A stretch of 52,796 bases of DNA from Octopus bimaculoides. Taxonomy: Eukaryota. How positions within the stretch are numbered: position 1 is the first letter of the stretch; every line of letters begins with the position of its first letter. Where the stretch lies: assembly GCF_001194135.2 (NCBI RefSeq), contig NC_068999.1, positions 33,913,978 through 33,966,773 on the forward strand, in the 5' to 3' direction. A model generated the notes under the pieces. The model was not told the DNA's origin and did not search any database. It saw nothing but the letters and a program-made list of their open reading frames with translations. This document shows, in pieces, positions 23,026-35,479 of the stretch. The translations under genes and the position numbers were made by a program.

Positions 23026-23699
23026 ACATACATACATACATACATACATGCACACATACATACATATACAATTATATACGCATACGTACACATACATGCA
23101 TGCATGTATTACATGAGATTCCGTAAAGAAAACGGGTGGGAAGTAAACATTATCATAAGTACATAAATATTACACTAAATACACTTCAGTAAAATGTCAT
23201 TAATTTAGAAGGATGTGACCCCGTCTTTATATCGATTGAATTGACAAAACGAACAAAGCCATAACTTGAACGAACATATGCGTATGAAGTCGAAATGATC
23301 TGCTTCACCACGGACCATAAAAAACACTCACTATATATACACCAACAGATGTTTATATACATATACATACATGCATATATACATCCATACTTACATGTAT
23401 ACATACATGTGTGTGTGTGTGTGTGTGCGTGCTCTTGTGTTACGGTGTACGTTAGTAATGATGGCATGTAAAAGGGCGGGAGGAAACGAATGGCTGCGTT
23501 GGCGACAACTTACAATAATATCATAGCGTTTATTAAGCGGACCATGAAGTCATTTCGATGTCAATAGGTGTGTAATGAGATTCAGAAGGTTGGGCGTGGC
23601 CTTAGGTGTAAACAGGTTTGATCTATCTATCTATTGTGTACAATTTATATATAATACTTTGTGTTGATTTTTACGATCTGATACTTGAATGAAAACAGA

Positions 23700-24210
23700 T
23701 TTTATGGCAGGGTCGTAAAGATGAAATAATCTGTTGTACTGGTTTACATTTAAATGAAAGATCAAATAGTTTAATAATATTAATGTCTATAATCATTATA
23801 TTTATGAGCTTACGAGCATGGATATATGTATAGATATGCGTGTGTGTGTATTTGGTATTTGTGCAAGTGTGTTATGTATACATACATATATATGTGTGTG
23901 CGTGTATGTATATATATATATATATATATACATATATTTATTTATAAATGCATATATATATATANNNNNNNNNNATTTTATGGCAGGGTCGTAAAGATGA
24001 AATAATCTGTTGTACTGGTTTACATTTAAATGAAAGATCAAATAGTTTAATAATATTAATGTCTATAATCATTATATTTATGAGCTTACGAGCATGGATA
24101 TATGTATAGATATGCGTGTGTGTGTATTTGGTATTTGTGCAAGTGTGTTATGTATACATACATATATATGTGTGTGCGTGTATGTATATATATATATATA
24201 TATATACATA
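23700..24210. other. About 235-bp identical direct duplication flanking a 10-N gap (probable assembly overlap artefact)
   Basis: 23700-23940 and 23975-24210 are identical by eye (atggcagggtcgtaaagatgaa…gtgtgcgtgtatgtatata) and sit on either side of the Ns at 23965-23974. Confidence 0.85.
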
Positions 24211-24584
24211 TGAATATATGCATATATATATATACATATATATGTGTGTGTTTAGTGAAAGGGAACGGAAGAAAGAGAGAGAAACACATATATGCGTATA
24301 TTCACACATAATGAATAAAGGTGAACGTATTGAGGTAAATATTTTACTGCATTTTCTTTTTTCTCTTATTCGTTTTCTGCTTTTTTTTATTACTCTATAT
24401 CAAGTGCTGAATACTCTGTAACGCATGTTGATTATTTGTACGTATATACAATAATTCTATTCTATGGGTCTGTGTGTGTCTGTGTGTATGTGTGCATGTG
24501 TGTAATAATAATGCGTACTATATTACTGACAAACGTATATTTTCTGTTGTTATACACAGGTGTTCATACACACACACACATACA

Positions 24585-24637
<53 letters not shown>

Positions 24638-24978
24638 CAGTGGTTCCCAACCATTTTCTACCTTTGGACTCCCTTGATTACTATTTTATTCAGGTGGATC
24701 TCCATAACCATTCGATGTTTAAGAACTAGTTTTATAGATACTTCTTTCAAAGTTCCTATCTTGCTTTTCACACATTCTGTTGTGTGAGTTGTATTATGTA
24801 AAACGTTAGAGAAAGAAACCTAGCTGTTTCTTGTAATAAATACAGCTAAAGCAAAACTATTTTTACGGACCCTTAAAATAATACTGAGGATTCTCAGTTC
24901 GCTATTTTGCTTGTGTGGACCCACCAAAATCTTATATGGACCACCGGGGCACACCATGGACTCTGGTGAGAGCCACTA
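24638..24978. mobile_element. hAT (Charlie-like) non-autonomous MITE
   Basis: Left end CAGTGGTTCCCAACC; degenerate right end GGTGAGAGCCACTA; right flank ATCTACAT resembles the NTCTAGAN Charlie target. The left flank is a CA tract. Confidence 0.6.
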
Positions 24979-25269
24979 ATCTACATCAACATTTACGCGG
25001 ATGATCAGTCACTTCGCGAAATGATGGAAACCCTACCGAGTTTTGGACATTAATGTTGGAGATCGATTGTAGGGAGAACAAACATGGAATTATTTCTCTT
25101 CAGATACATACCGACAGACGTGGAAAAAATATTGCACCGTTAGACTTTGTCATTAAGTGGAAAGTGAATAATAAATACACGAAGTTGCTACTTTATGGAA
25201 ACTGCCGACAATAAACATTAGCGGGTAAATTATTTGCTCTTAAACACGGACTGCAGGCAGTAAATGAAC

Positions 25270-26110
25270 AGACAATAACGTTCTTTAAAAAAAAATGCCA
25301 TCAATGCAAGTTAGCAATAAATCCTCAAACAGTGGAATCAGCGTGAACGACCACACCTTCAAAAAGGTTGCCGAAGCGCCTACTCTTGATGATCTCGAGT
25401 CATTTGGCGGAGGGATCTGGGATGTAAACGAAAAACACAACCGTGATACACAGTGGCGAGAGAATACCAACAACATTGACAAGAAACTTCATCTGGACCT
25501 ACGATAAGGACATCGCATTTCCCTGGAAGGCTATGTCTTTGCTATTCAAGAACAGGAGATAACTTCTAAATAAACGATAGCTACTAAATACTTGATCAAC
25601 GAAAGAAACACGGATCTTCTAAACGTTTGTGTCCACAAGGTACTACTTTTTCATGAAATATGGCATTGCCGGTAAGACGGTCAGCAATGCCATGGCAAAG
25701 ACACATGAGAACCAGAAAATATCAACATTTAAAAATAAAGAATACTGGTGGAACATTCCAATAAAACAGCCACCTAGTATAAGTGCATCAGGCCAGATAT
25801 AGTTGCATGCGACAGAGATAGAAAAATCGCATACCGTTCTAGATCAGTTGCCCAGCAGATGTGAAAGTCTCTTTAAAATCTTGGAAAAGGGAGAACATTT
25901 GTAGAGAGCTGATGAGAAAACTCTACAGCTTCTACATCCAGCCTGTGATTATCATTGGTGTACTGGGCTACGTAACAACAGATCTGCATATAAACCTAGA
26001 AATATTTGGGTTCTCAAAACAGAACAGCACATACTGATTGGAATTCTCCACAATCAATTAGTGGAGCAAAGAAAATTTTCAAAACGTTTCAAGGATTCTT
26101 TCTTTGAGGT
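25270..26110 (+). mobile_element. R4/NeSL-like RLE non-LTR retrotransposon relic lacking the RT core
   Basis: EAPTLDDLESF.GGIWDVNEKHNRDTQW is joined directly to NIDKKL…EGYVFAIQEQEI, followed by YWWNIPIK…RPDIVA (RLE PD motif) and a degenerate C-terminus. Confidence 0.75.
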
Positions 26111-26369
26111 CTCTTAGTAGACATAAGTACACAATCACATACACAAATGAATGTACATGCATGAAAAATAATGAAACGCATACACGTGTGCTGTATCATG
26201 ATACACATACTTACAAGTGCAAGTTTATTTACAGGAGCAGACATACACGCAACATGCACGCATCAAACAATGAGGTAGAGACGAATCTCTTGAGTTGTCC
26301 TGACTTAAACAAAAAAAGCCTTCCCTGCAAAGGAAATTCTGCAAAGGAAAAAGGACTTAAAATAATCCG

Positions 26370-26403
<34 letters not shown>

Positions 26404-26933
26404 ACGCACGCACGCACTCACACTCACACTCACACTCACACACACACACACNNNNNNNNNNNNNNNNNNNNNNNNNNNNNNNNNNNNNNNNNNNNNNNNN
26501 NNNNNNNNNNNNNNNNNNNNNNNNNNNNNNNNNNNNNNNNNNNNNNNNNNNNNNNNNNNNNNNNNNNNNNNNNNNNNNNNNNNNNNNNNNNNNNNNNNNN
26601 NNNNNNNNNNNNNNNNNNNNNNNNNNNNNNNNNNNNNNNNNNNNNNNNNNNNNNNNNNNNNNNNNNNNNNNNNNNNNNNNNNNNNNNNNNNNNNNNNNNN
26701 NNNNNNNNNNNNNNNNNNNNNNNNNNNNNNNNNNNNNNNNNNNNNNNNNNNNNNNNNNNNNNNNNNNNNNNNNNNNNNNNNNNNNNNNNNNNNNNNNNNN
26801 NNNNNNNNNNNNNNNNNNNNNNNNNNNNNNNNNNNNNNNNNNNNNNNNNNNNNNNNNNNNNNNNNNNNNNNNNNNNNNNNNNNNNNNNNNNNNNNNNNNN
26901 NNNNNNNNNNNNNNNNNNNNNNNNNNNNNNNNN

Positions 26934-27015
<82 letters not shown>

Positions 27016-27111
27016 CATGTATGTATGTTTTTTATGCAAAGTATACACCGTGCATAATTTTATGTTTGTATGTTTAAGTGCATATTACGCATGAATAAAT
27101 AATTCTATCTA

Positions 27112-27162
<51 letters not shown>

Positions 27163-27589
27163 GCCTATGTGCATGTGTGTGTGTTTGTATGTCGATCTGT
27201 TGTTTTCTTATTCTAATGTGCCTATAGTATTATTGTCAGTATTTTCAACATGACATTTATTGTTGATATCGGTCAAGGCATGGCAGTTGTAGTTATTCAG
27301 TCGAATTTTTCACACATACTATCTCAATGACTACGGTATCCAAGTTGAACTACTCTATACAAACGTAGATATTAACTAATTACCATATTGACACATTAAA
27401 TATTTCATACATTGATCTATGTAACGTACTAAAGTAGGAGATATACGTATCTTAATACGTTTATGTATGTAGAGATGCATTAACACACCAGAGCCCAACA
27501 CATCCGCATTTCTTATAGAAACGTACAGGTCATGTCAAAACTATGTTACTGCCATGATTATAGGTTGAGGAGAGGGTGAAGTTAAATAT

Positions 27590-27828
27590 ATATTTTTCTT
27601 TTACTTGTTACAATAATTTGATTGAATTTTGGAGCACCGACTTTAAAGGATTTTTCGTCGAAGAAATCAACCACAGGGTTTACTCTTTGTAAGCCTAGCA
27701 CTAACAAGACTTTGTTCGGTCCAAGGCTATAGTAGAAGACACTTGCCCAAGGTGCCAAGCAGATGCACTGAACCCGGAACCATGTGGTTGTGAAGCAAAC
27801 TTCTTACCACACAGTTATGCCTGCGTAT
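27590..27828 (-). mobile_element. SINE family B copy lacking the central microsatellite block
   Basis: Tail sequence (tggagcacc…tttgtaagcctagcact) is joined directly to head sequence (ggctatagtagaagacacttgcccaaggtgcc…ctgaacccggaaccatgtggttg…cttcttaccacacag). Confidence 0.8.
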
Positions 27829-27903
27829 GTTATTGCTTTGTGATTTTAGTACCTTTTATAATGCAAACAGCAAATGAAAAATGGAAGTGATTGGCACTTC
27901 ACT

Positions 27904-27934
<31 letters not shown>

Positions 27935-27937
<3 letters not shown>

Positions 27938-28192
27938 TGGTTGTCTACTCCTTAAACAGAGTTTGACCACCTCCTGCACCTACACCTTAGCCCTTTCATG
28001 GCGTCTGATGTGGCTTTTTAAACCAGACAGTGTTTTGAAAAAACACCCACACAGATTGCACCTCTGATTTGCACTACCAATACCTGCAAGTAAGTTCTGC
28101 TCATTGTGGATCCTAACATGTCTTTTAAGACCCCCATTGGATTTGCAAACCCTCTGGCACACACCACATTCAAACGTGTGCACAGACATATA
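27935..28192 (-). mobile_element. RTE-type LINE 3' end encoding two intact C2H2 zinc fingers, with a short 3' UTR and (AT)n tail
   Basis: CGVCQRVCKSNGGLKRHVRIH and CNLCGCFFKTLSGLKSHIRRH both fit C-x2-C-x12-H-x3-H, with the stop at 27980. The 3' UTR GGTC…CTC…GAGTAGACAACCACCAT resembles that of the element at 40707. Confidence 0.6.
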
Positions 28193-29009
28193 ANNNNNNN
28201 NNNNNNNNNNNNNNNNNNNNNNNNNNNNNNNNNNNNNNNNNNNNNNNNNNNNNNNNNNNNNNNNNNNNNNNNNNNNNNNNNNNNNNNNNNNNNNNNNNNN
28301 NNNNNNNNNNNNNNNNNNNNNNNNNNNNNNNNNNNNNNNNNNNNNNNNNNNNNNNNNNNNNNNNNNNNNNNNNNNNNNNNNNNNNNNNNNNNNNNNNNNN
28401 NNNNNNNNNNNNNNNNNNNNNNNNNNNNNNNNNNNNNNNNNNNNNNNNNNNNNNNNNNNNNNNNNNNNNNNNNNNNNNNNNNNNNNNNNNNNNNNNNNNN
28501 NNNNNNNNNNNNNNNNNNNNNNNNNNNNNNNNNNNNNNNNNNNNNNNNNNNNNNNNNNNNNNNNNNNNNNNNNNNNNNNNNNNNNNNNNNNNNNNNNNNN
28601 NNNNNNNNNNNNNNNNNNNNNNNNNNNNNNNNNNNNNNNNNNNNNNNNNNNNNNNNNNNNNNNNNNNNNNNNNNNNNNNNNNNNNNNNNNNNNNNNNNNN
28701 NNNNNNNNNNNNNNNNNNNNNNNNNNNNNNNNNNNNNNNNNNNNNNNNNNNNNNNNNNNNNNNNNNNNNNNNNNNNNNNNNNNNNNNNNNNNNNNNNNNN
28801 NNNNNNNNNNNNNNNNNNNNNNNNNNNNNNNNNNNNNNNNNNNNNNNNNNNNNNNNNNNNNNNNNNNNNNNNNNNNNNNNNNNNNNNNNNNNNNNNNNNN
28901 NNNNNNNNNNNNNNNNNNNNNNNNNATATATACATACATACATACATACAAGACATGTAAGGGTTTTTAAAACCCTCTCTGTTATAATTGTGTTTTATTC
29001 ACAATTATA

Positions 29010-30128
29010 CACTCTTTTATGAAAATAAACACTCTGTTCCGAAGATGAAGCACATTGGATTCATTTTCTCAACACCATGAAAACCAGTAACACCGGTGCA
29101 GATGAAATGACTTCGACCAACCCTGGCATTTGAAAGCCTCTGGTGGGAATGTTTCTGTGATATCAAAGAAAAGACATTTTAAACGTTCGGACACTATAAG
29201 GACCGCGCAATTTATCCAAAAAGTTCAAAACATTATCAATAATCATCCCGGAAAATCAAAGAGGGCCATCGCCAACGAACTTCAGGTGTCGGGGTGGATT
29301 ATAAGAACTGAAATTCACGAGAATAGTTGATATAAATCTTATGTGTTAGAGAGAGGCCAATTCGTATTTGTAAGGACACAAGAAACAAGTTTAATCCATA
29401 CCAAACGGATAATTAACAAGATTAAAACCCTCACGAACATGGCAAGCTCACATGAGAAAAACTTTGACACACAACGAAAATCTAACGGGAGAAATGGTCA
29501 GTGAATATATGCAGATCCTTTTAATATTTCGACGTTATTCACACTAAGTTTGAAGAGCCTGTGATGGTTTTAGGAGTGACGAGCATCGAAGGTCGTCTCA
29601 TGTTACCTCACATCTTGCCACAGGGTCCTAGAGTTAATGCTGCTCGATACAATATGATGTCGGAAAGGGTTATTAAGACCTGCGAGGAAGTAGTACGCAG
29701 TGAAAACAGTACGAGCTTCAGTAAGACTCACCACCTTTTCACAAATTCCATGTAATCTAATGAATATTAGACAACATTTACGATCATGTAGCATCCAACT
29801 TGTGGCCGTAAAATCTGCCACATTTAAATCCCATGGGCTACCATGTCTGAGCCAGCCCCACAGCACCATAAATACACCTTGGCTTCACCCATTATCCAGG
29901 TGTCGACCGAAATGAATAAGAACTATCTAGCGCAGGTATATCAAAGATGCCATCCTGCATTGATACGGTTACTGAAGCCGAGGTGGGTTTCATAGAATAA
30001 ATTTATAAAAGAGAGCATCAAGATCAATTGCACAGATTTTTATTAAAATATATATAATTTTCTTTTGATAGATTAAATTTAGTTAATTAAATTACAAAAT
30101 ACGTTCTCAAATACCACTCGCATATTGT
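29010..30128 (+). mobile_element. Tc1/mariner DD37D-like (maT) transposase pseudogene, second copy
   Basis: KRSDTIRTAQFIQKVQNIINNHPGKSKRAIANELQVS, YKSYVL..GQ, VMVLGVTSIEGRLMLPHILPQGPRVNAARY, LWP..LPHLNPMGY and EAE.GFIE*; homologous to 17088-18140. Confidence 0.8.
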
Positions 30129-30269
30129 ATACGTACATACATACATACATGCATGCATGCATGCATGCATACATGCATACATACGTACATACATACATAT
30201 ATACACACACATGCATACATACTTACATCCATACATACATACATACATGAACAAAAACGAAAACGTGAA

Positions 30270-32545
30270 TGATATAAGACCACTACGTGGTTTGGCAGCT
30301 AGCGACATTCCAACAGATTCTATTGTGCTTGCAAGCCAAACTACATTACTGGCTCAAGTAACTGACCACTGTCCCCCAACTACGACAATGGTAAATAGCA
30401 GACACAACTGTAACGATTATTGTAGTAGTAGTGGTAATCAGGATTATATGCCAGTGAAATGTGCCCTTACTGATTTTTCCGAGAAAAAATAACTTTGGCT
30501 TTGAAGGACTCTCTCGAGGAGTGAGTATTCTCTACCAAAGTAAGTAAAAAACCATCAGATTAAAAGCTGTTGACGAAATTGGTGATGGGTATTTACAACA
30601 ATGATTCAAAAAGTAAACAAAAACGAAATAACAAAGAAAGTACCATCATTGGTTTTGAAGACAGAGAAAAAGATAACTGATTTACGGAAGACCATTAGTC
30701 ATGTAATGATGCTTATTGTATGCAAACAAGCAAATCACTATACGTCCCACCAACAAAAAGTAAAGAAGGAGATAGAAATGATGTGTGGAGACAGCAGAAA
30801 GGGGACACTCACTTGGAGCTAAAAGCTGTCAGTGAAAAACTCCGACATCAGAAGAGAATAACCGAGAGAAGAACAATAAACAAAAAATTTAACCACAACC
30901 AGGCATCAGTACACAGAGACATGAGAGGAGGAGCAGTAATCATCATGGAAGCCCCTGCACGAGAAGACATAAACTCCTTTTGGAGAAAAATCTGGAGTGA
31001 AGATAAGGAATTTATCCAAGATGCTCTGTGGCTGGAAGAAATCAGAAAAAGTGGCCCACAATGTGTTTGCAGTGCCAGTACTCATACCAACATTTGGGCA
31101 TCTTGATTCGACGCTTGATTAGATCTAAGCCATTGATGTCAAAATCTGAAAAATACTAACAAGCGCACATAATTACCACATAAACAGTGATGTAGACCGA
31201 CTCTCCCTAGGCGGAAGATGTTTAACATCGATCCAAAACGCCTTTGAATGTCACATCATATCTCTTCGGTAACATCTTTTAACAACCAAGTGTTGAAGTG
31301 CATCCCTTGACCAAGTTTGCATACATGAGGCTGATAACATCATAAGATTTGGAAGGCAGCTCCTTGAGCAACACACTTTGTCTGATAACCTAAAATATAT
31401 GCCCGTCACACGACTCTAACGCAATGTATCATCAGATGAAAGGATGAGCCTCTATGAACAGAAAACTATGCATGGTTATGTTAGTAGGAAGTTACATGAT
31501 GACAGTAACATCGATCCTCAAAGCAGTTTATCATGGACCAGTAGCCGGATAACTACCTCCCACTTTCAAGGCTATGTGTTTGCAGTCCAGGAACAAGAAA
31601 TATCAACCAAGTACCTGACACACAAAAGGGATAGAGATGCAGGTAACGCCGTAAAGTGTGACAACCGATGCAGACTTTGTGGAGTTCACACTGAAGATAT
31701 CACCCACATCATAAGCAGTTGTCCGAAAAAGTCCCCACGGTATTATCTACCGATGAGACATGACGTTGTAGCTAGGATACTCTATAAGGAAATCTGTCGG
31801 AGCGATAATCCCGAGGATAAAGAAATAAGAGCCTACAATATGGTAGAAGCCATAACCACTCATAATAAAAAAGGAATACTTGTAGAATGTCCCAGTGAAG
31901 ACCTCAATAAAAGGTTAGCACAATAGACCTGATATAATGATTTGGGATAGAGAAGAGAAACTGTGCACAGTTGTAGAAATTAGCTGCCCAGCGGATGTTC
32001 ACATAAGGCTGAAGATCAGTAAAAAAGTAAATACCTACATTGAACTATTGAGAAATCTGAAGTTACTCTATCTAGATTACAAGTTCAGGTTTATACCTGT
32101 AAGTATTGGGGGACCTGAGATATGTAACACACTGCCTAAATACTGATCTTGAAAAATTAGGCCTCTCGGAACCAGAAAGGAGAAAGCTAATACGAAGACT
32201 ACAGATCCAATTTATCACTACAGCTGTAAAAATCTGTAAAACTTTCCAGAAGTTTACCATTTAAATATGTACGAGCATTTCTAGATATGCAACTATATGC
32301 ATGAGAATGCATACACAAAACATACCAATTTGCACATACATACATACATATATACATGCATACATACATGCATACTTACATACATACATAATACATACAT
32401 AATACATACATACATACATACATGCATACGTACATACATACTTTGTTGTTGATGTTGAAATTCCAATGAAGGAGCCTTGGATCTGGGTTAGAAAGCAGCT
32501 TTCTCTATTGGCAAGAAATCTTGAAATAAAACTGAATAATGACAT
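30270..32545 (+). mobile_element. R4/NeSL-like RLE non-LTR retrotransposon with the RT core deleted; keeps the N-terminal region, thumb, CCHC knuckle, PD-(D/E)xK nuclease and 3' UTR
   Basis: APAREDINSFWRKIWSEDKEFIQDALWLEEIRK, then NVFAVPVL, HINSDVDRL, FQGYVFAVQEQEISTKY, CRLCGVHTEDITHIISSC, RYYLPMRHDVVA, RPDIMIWDREEKLCTVVEISCPAD, K…Y..L and FIPVSIG. Confidence 0.9.
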
Positions 32546-32579
32546 ACACACATACATGTGTGTATCTATATCCAAATCC

Positions 32580-32643
<64 letters not shown>

Positions 32644-33578
32644 GTCTGTCTGTCTGTCTGTCTGTCTGCCTGTCTGTCTAAATATATATATTAATCGGCT
32701 GAAGTTACAAAGTGACTCAAGAGCTGAGTGCTTCTTGTATTTTCCTGTTTGTATCACCAAACTTATGTATGTGTGTGTGTGTATTTTTGCATGTATATAT
32801 AAATCTGTATGTATGTATATATGTGTATGTGTGTGTATGAGTGTGTGAGTGTGTGTGTGTGTATGTGTGTATGCATTCGCGCGCGTATATATAAAATCTT
32901 AGTTCTCAAAATAATAACATTACTTACAGTTTCTGATTGCTTTGTTAGGATAAAAGCTGATACTACATAAACCAAATGATTACATGGTTACTTATTAGGC
33001 ATGGCATCGTATGAAGACAGAAAACGTTTATTTCAAAGATCAAAGCCTTTGATGATGCATAAATAAGGCCGACTTCCAAGCTATTTATACTTATTCACCT
33101 CCATTCAGGAGATATTTGTAGAGTTTGTAATGAAAACAACCAGCCACTAGATGGCATAATATGTCATTATGACATCATAAACGGATATTATGATGTCATA
33201 ACGTCGACACACATGAAAAGAAACTGTGTTGCAAGACAAAGAAAGCAAGCAATGAAAGGGGACCACGTGTAGAAACACATGGGATTAAATTAAATGAAAC
33301 ATCAACATGGAGTCCTCCCAGTGATATATATATATATACGTAGAAAATGAAATAAGTAATGGGTCAACGAAAGAGCGTATACATTCACACACGTGCACAC
33401 AGGCGTAAAATACGTACATATATACATACATACATACCTTCCTTCCTTCCTTACGTACGTATCTATGCATGTATGTACGTATGTATATATGTTTGTATGT
33501 ATTTATGTATATATATATATGTATATATATATATATACACATAAAATCATGTTTATAAATACACACACAAATATGCAC

Positions 33579-33656
<78 letters not shown>

Positions 33657-33666
33657 ACACACACAT

Positions 33667-33699
<33 letters not shown>

Positions 33700-33701
<2 letters not shown>

Positions 33702-33862
33702 CGACGGGCTTCTTTCAGTTTCCGACTACGAAATCCACTCACAAGGCTTTGGTCAACCCGAGGATATAGTAGAAGAGACTTGCCCAAGGTGCCACACAGT
33801 GGAACTGAATTCGGAACCATGTTGTTGAGAAGCAAGCTTCTTACCACACAGCCACTCGTGTG
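33700..33862 (-). mobile_element. SINE family B, 5' half (tRNA-like head)
   Basis: acgacgggcttctttcagtttccg…aaatccactcacaaggctttggtc…tatagtagaaga…cttgcccaaggtgccacacagtggaactgaa…ggaaccatg…cttcttaccacacagcca. Confidence 0.9.
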
Positions 33863-33876
33863 CCTATAGTTATATA

Positions 33877-34799
33877 TTGGGTCATCCCATAAATAATATG
33901 GGTTTTTTTAAACCTCTTTCATTTTTCAAAATTAAGATAAAGTTCTTTTTTAATATAAAATATACACTCCTTCACTTTCTACAATGCTCATCTATCTATC
34001 TCGTAGACTTACAGGGCCCTTCCTCCAAAATTCATTTGTCCGTGACAAAAAATACTCCTCCAGTACTGTTCTGACCTCGCCTACAGAATTCATATTTTTT
34101 CTGTTCACATGATTTTGAAGACTGCAGAATAAATGATAATCTCATGGGGCAATGTCTGGCGAATATGGTGGGTGAGGCATCGTTTCCTCTTCAAACTGAT
34201 CCAGCTTTTGGAATGTCATCTTCACTGTATGTGGCCGAGCATTATCCTGATGGAAGAATACATTTCATCTTGAAACCAAAGATGGTCGTTTTTCTTCTAG
34301 TGCTGTCTTGAATCACTGGTTGAATGATCAAATCCAAGCTTCTCTGCTAGTTCCTCAACAGTTACGATGGGATTTTGTTGCACCAGGGTTTGTAGGACGT
34401 CCTCGTCGAGCTCTACAGATATTCAAACACGAGGCTCGTCTTCTAGGCTGCAGTTTCCGGCTCGGAATTTCTGTAACCACCGTTGACACTGGCTTACGCT
34501 TGTTGTCCGATCCCCATATACTGCATTAATATTCCTCGCACTTTCCTTTGCGTTGTTGCCTTTATTGAACTCATAAAGCAAAGTATGCCGAATATGCTCC
34601 TCTGTTGCTTCCATTATAGCTTTGAAAAAATAACTGTTAGACGCGAACTGCACTCTTCAAAACTTGCACTACGAATAAGCACAAGGCAAAATTACTATTT
34701 GGTTTTATAGCAAGTTGATGCAAGTAGTTTATCCCATTCCCCCTCCGACTTTTTGTTCATGCAATTGAAAAAGACCGTATTATTTATGGGATGACCCTA
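33877..34799 (-). mobile_element. Internally deleted mariner (DD34D) element, 923 bp, with near-perfect TIRs and TA TSDs
   Basis: Left end ta|TTGGGTCATCCCATAAATAATATGG and right end CCGTATTATTTATGGGATGACCCTA|ta. Transposase fragments: MEATEEHIRHTLLYEFNKGNNAKESARNINAVYGD…CQRWLQKFRAGNCSLEDEPR, ELAEKLGFDHST, FHQDNARPH and HPPYSPDIAP.DYHLF. Confidence 0.92.
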
Positions 34800-35034
34800 T
34801 ATATATATATATGTGCGTGTGTGTGTGTGTGAAATATAACATCTCTTGAATGGCACAACAATGCAGAGTGGACTATAATAACTGTTATAATTTAGTTATA
34901 CATAGTCTGTTATAATATTTTGGAATATACATGTGTGCATTTGTGTGTGTGTGTGTGTGTGTGTATGTGTGTGTGTCTGCCTGTGTCTGTATGTCTGTGT
35001 GTGTGTCTGTGTGTGTGTGTGTTTGTGTGTGTGC

Positions 35035-35420
35035 ATGTGTGCTTCCTAACCACATGGTTCTGGGTTCAGTCCCACTACGTCGCACCTTGTGCAAGTATCT
35101 AAGTATTATCTACTATAGCCTCGGGCCAACCAAGCCTCTGTGAGTGGATTTGGTAGACGGAAACTGAAAGAAGTCCGTCGTATATATGTGTATAGATGGA
35201 TGTGTTTAGTGTCTGTGTTTGCCCCCACCACCATCTCTTGAAAACCAATATTTGTGTGTTTACGTCCCAACAACCTAGCAGTTCGGCAATAAAATCTGAT
35301 AGAACAATCAGTAGGCTTACAAGGAATATGTCCTGAGGTCGATTTTTTCGACAAAAAAAACCTGTTAAGGAGAGGTTCCGGTATGGCCGCAGTCTAATGA
35401 GTCAAGAATAAAAGAATATA
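35035..35420 (+). mobile_element. SINE family B, near full length
   Basis: Head gcttcctaaccacatggttctgggttcagtcccact…caccttgtgcaagt…ctactatagcctcgggccaacc…gtgagtggatttggtagacggaaactgaaagaag, short TA/TG linker, then the 3' half ending aagaataaaagaata. Confidence 0.9.
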
Positions 35421-35479
35421 TAGATTGCATATATAATATAATATATTAATAATACACACCCACACACATACCCCCCACG

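Noticed and set aside
23465-23620. GC-box-like (GGGCGGGA, GGGCGTGGC) and forkhead-like motifs as a promoter
   Set aside because: Short motifs alone are not evidence, and there is no CpG island or linked exon.
23700-24210. Tandem duplication of about 235 bp
   Set aside because: The copies are identical and sit exactly either side of a 10-N placeholder gap, which is typical of unmerged contig overlap rather than biology.
24985-25070. YADD reverse-transcriptase motif (IYADD at 24994-25005)
   Set aside because: No flanking RT motifs are readable and a stop follows shortly; this is compatible with chance or an unrecognisably small relic.
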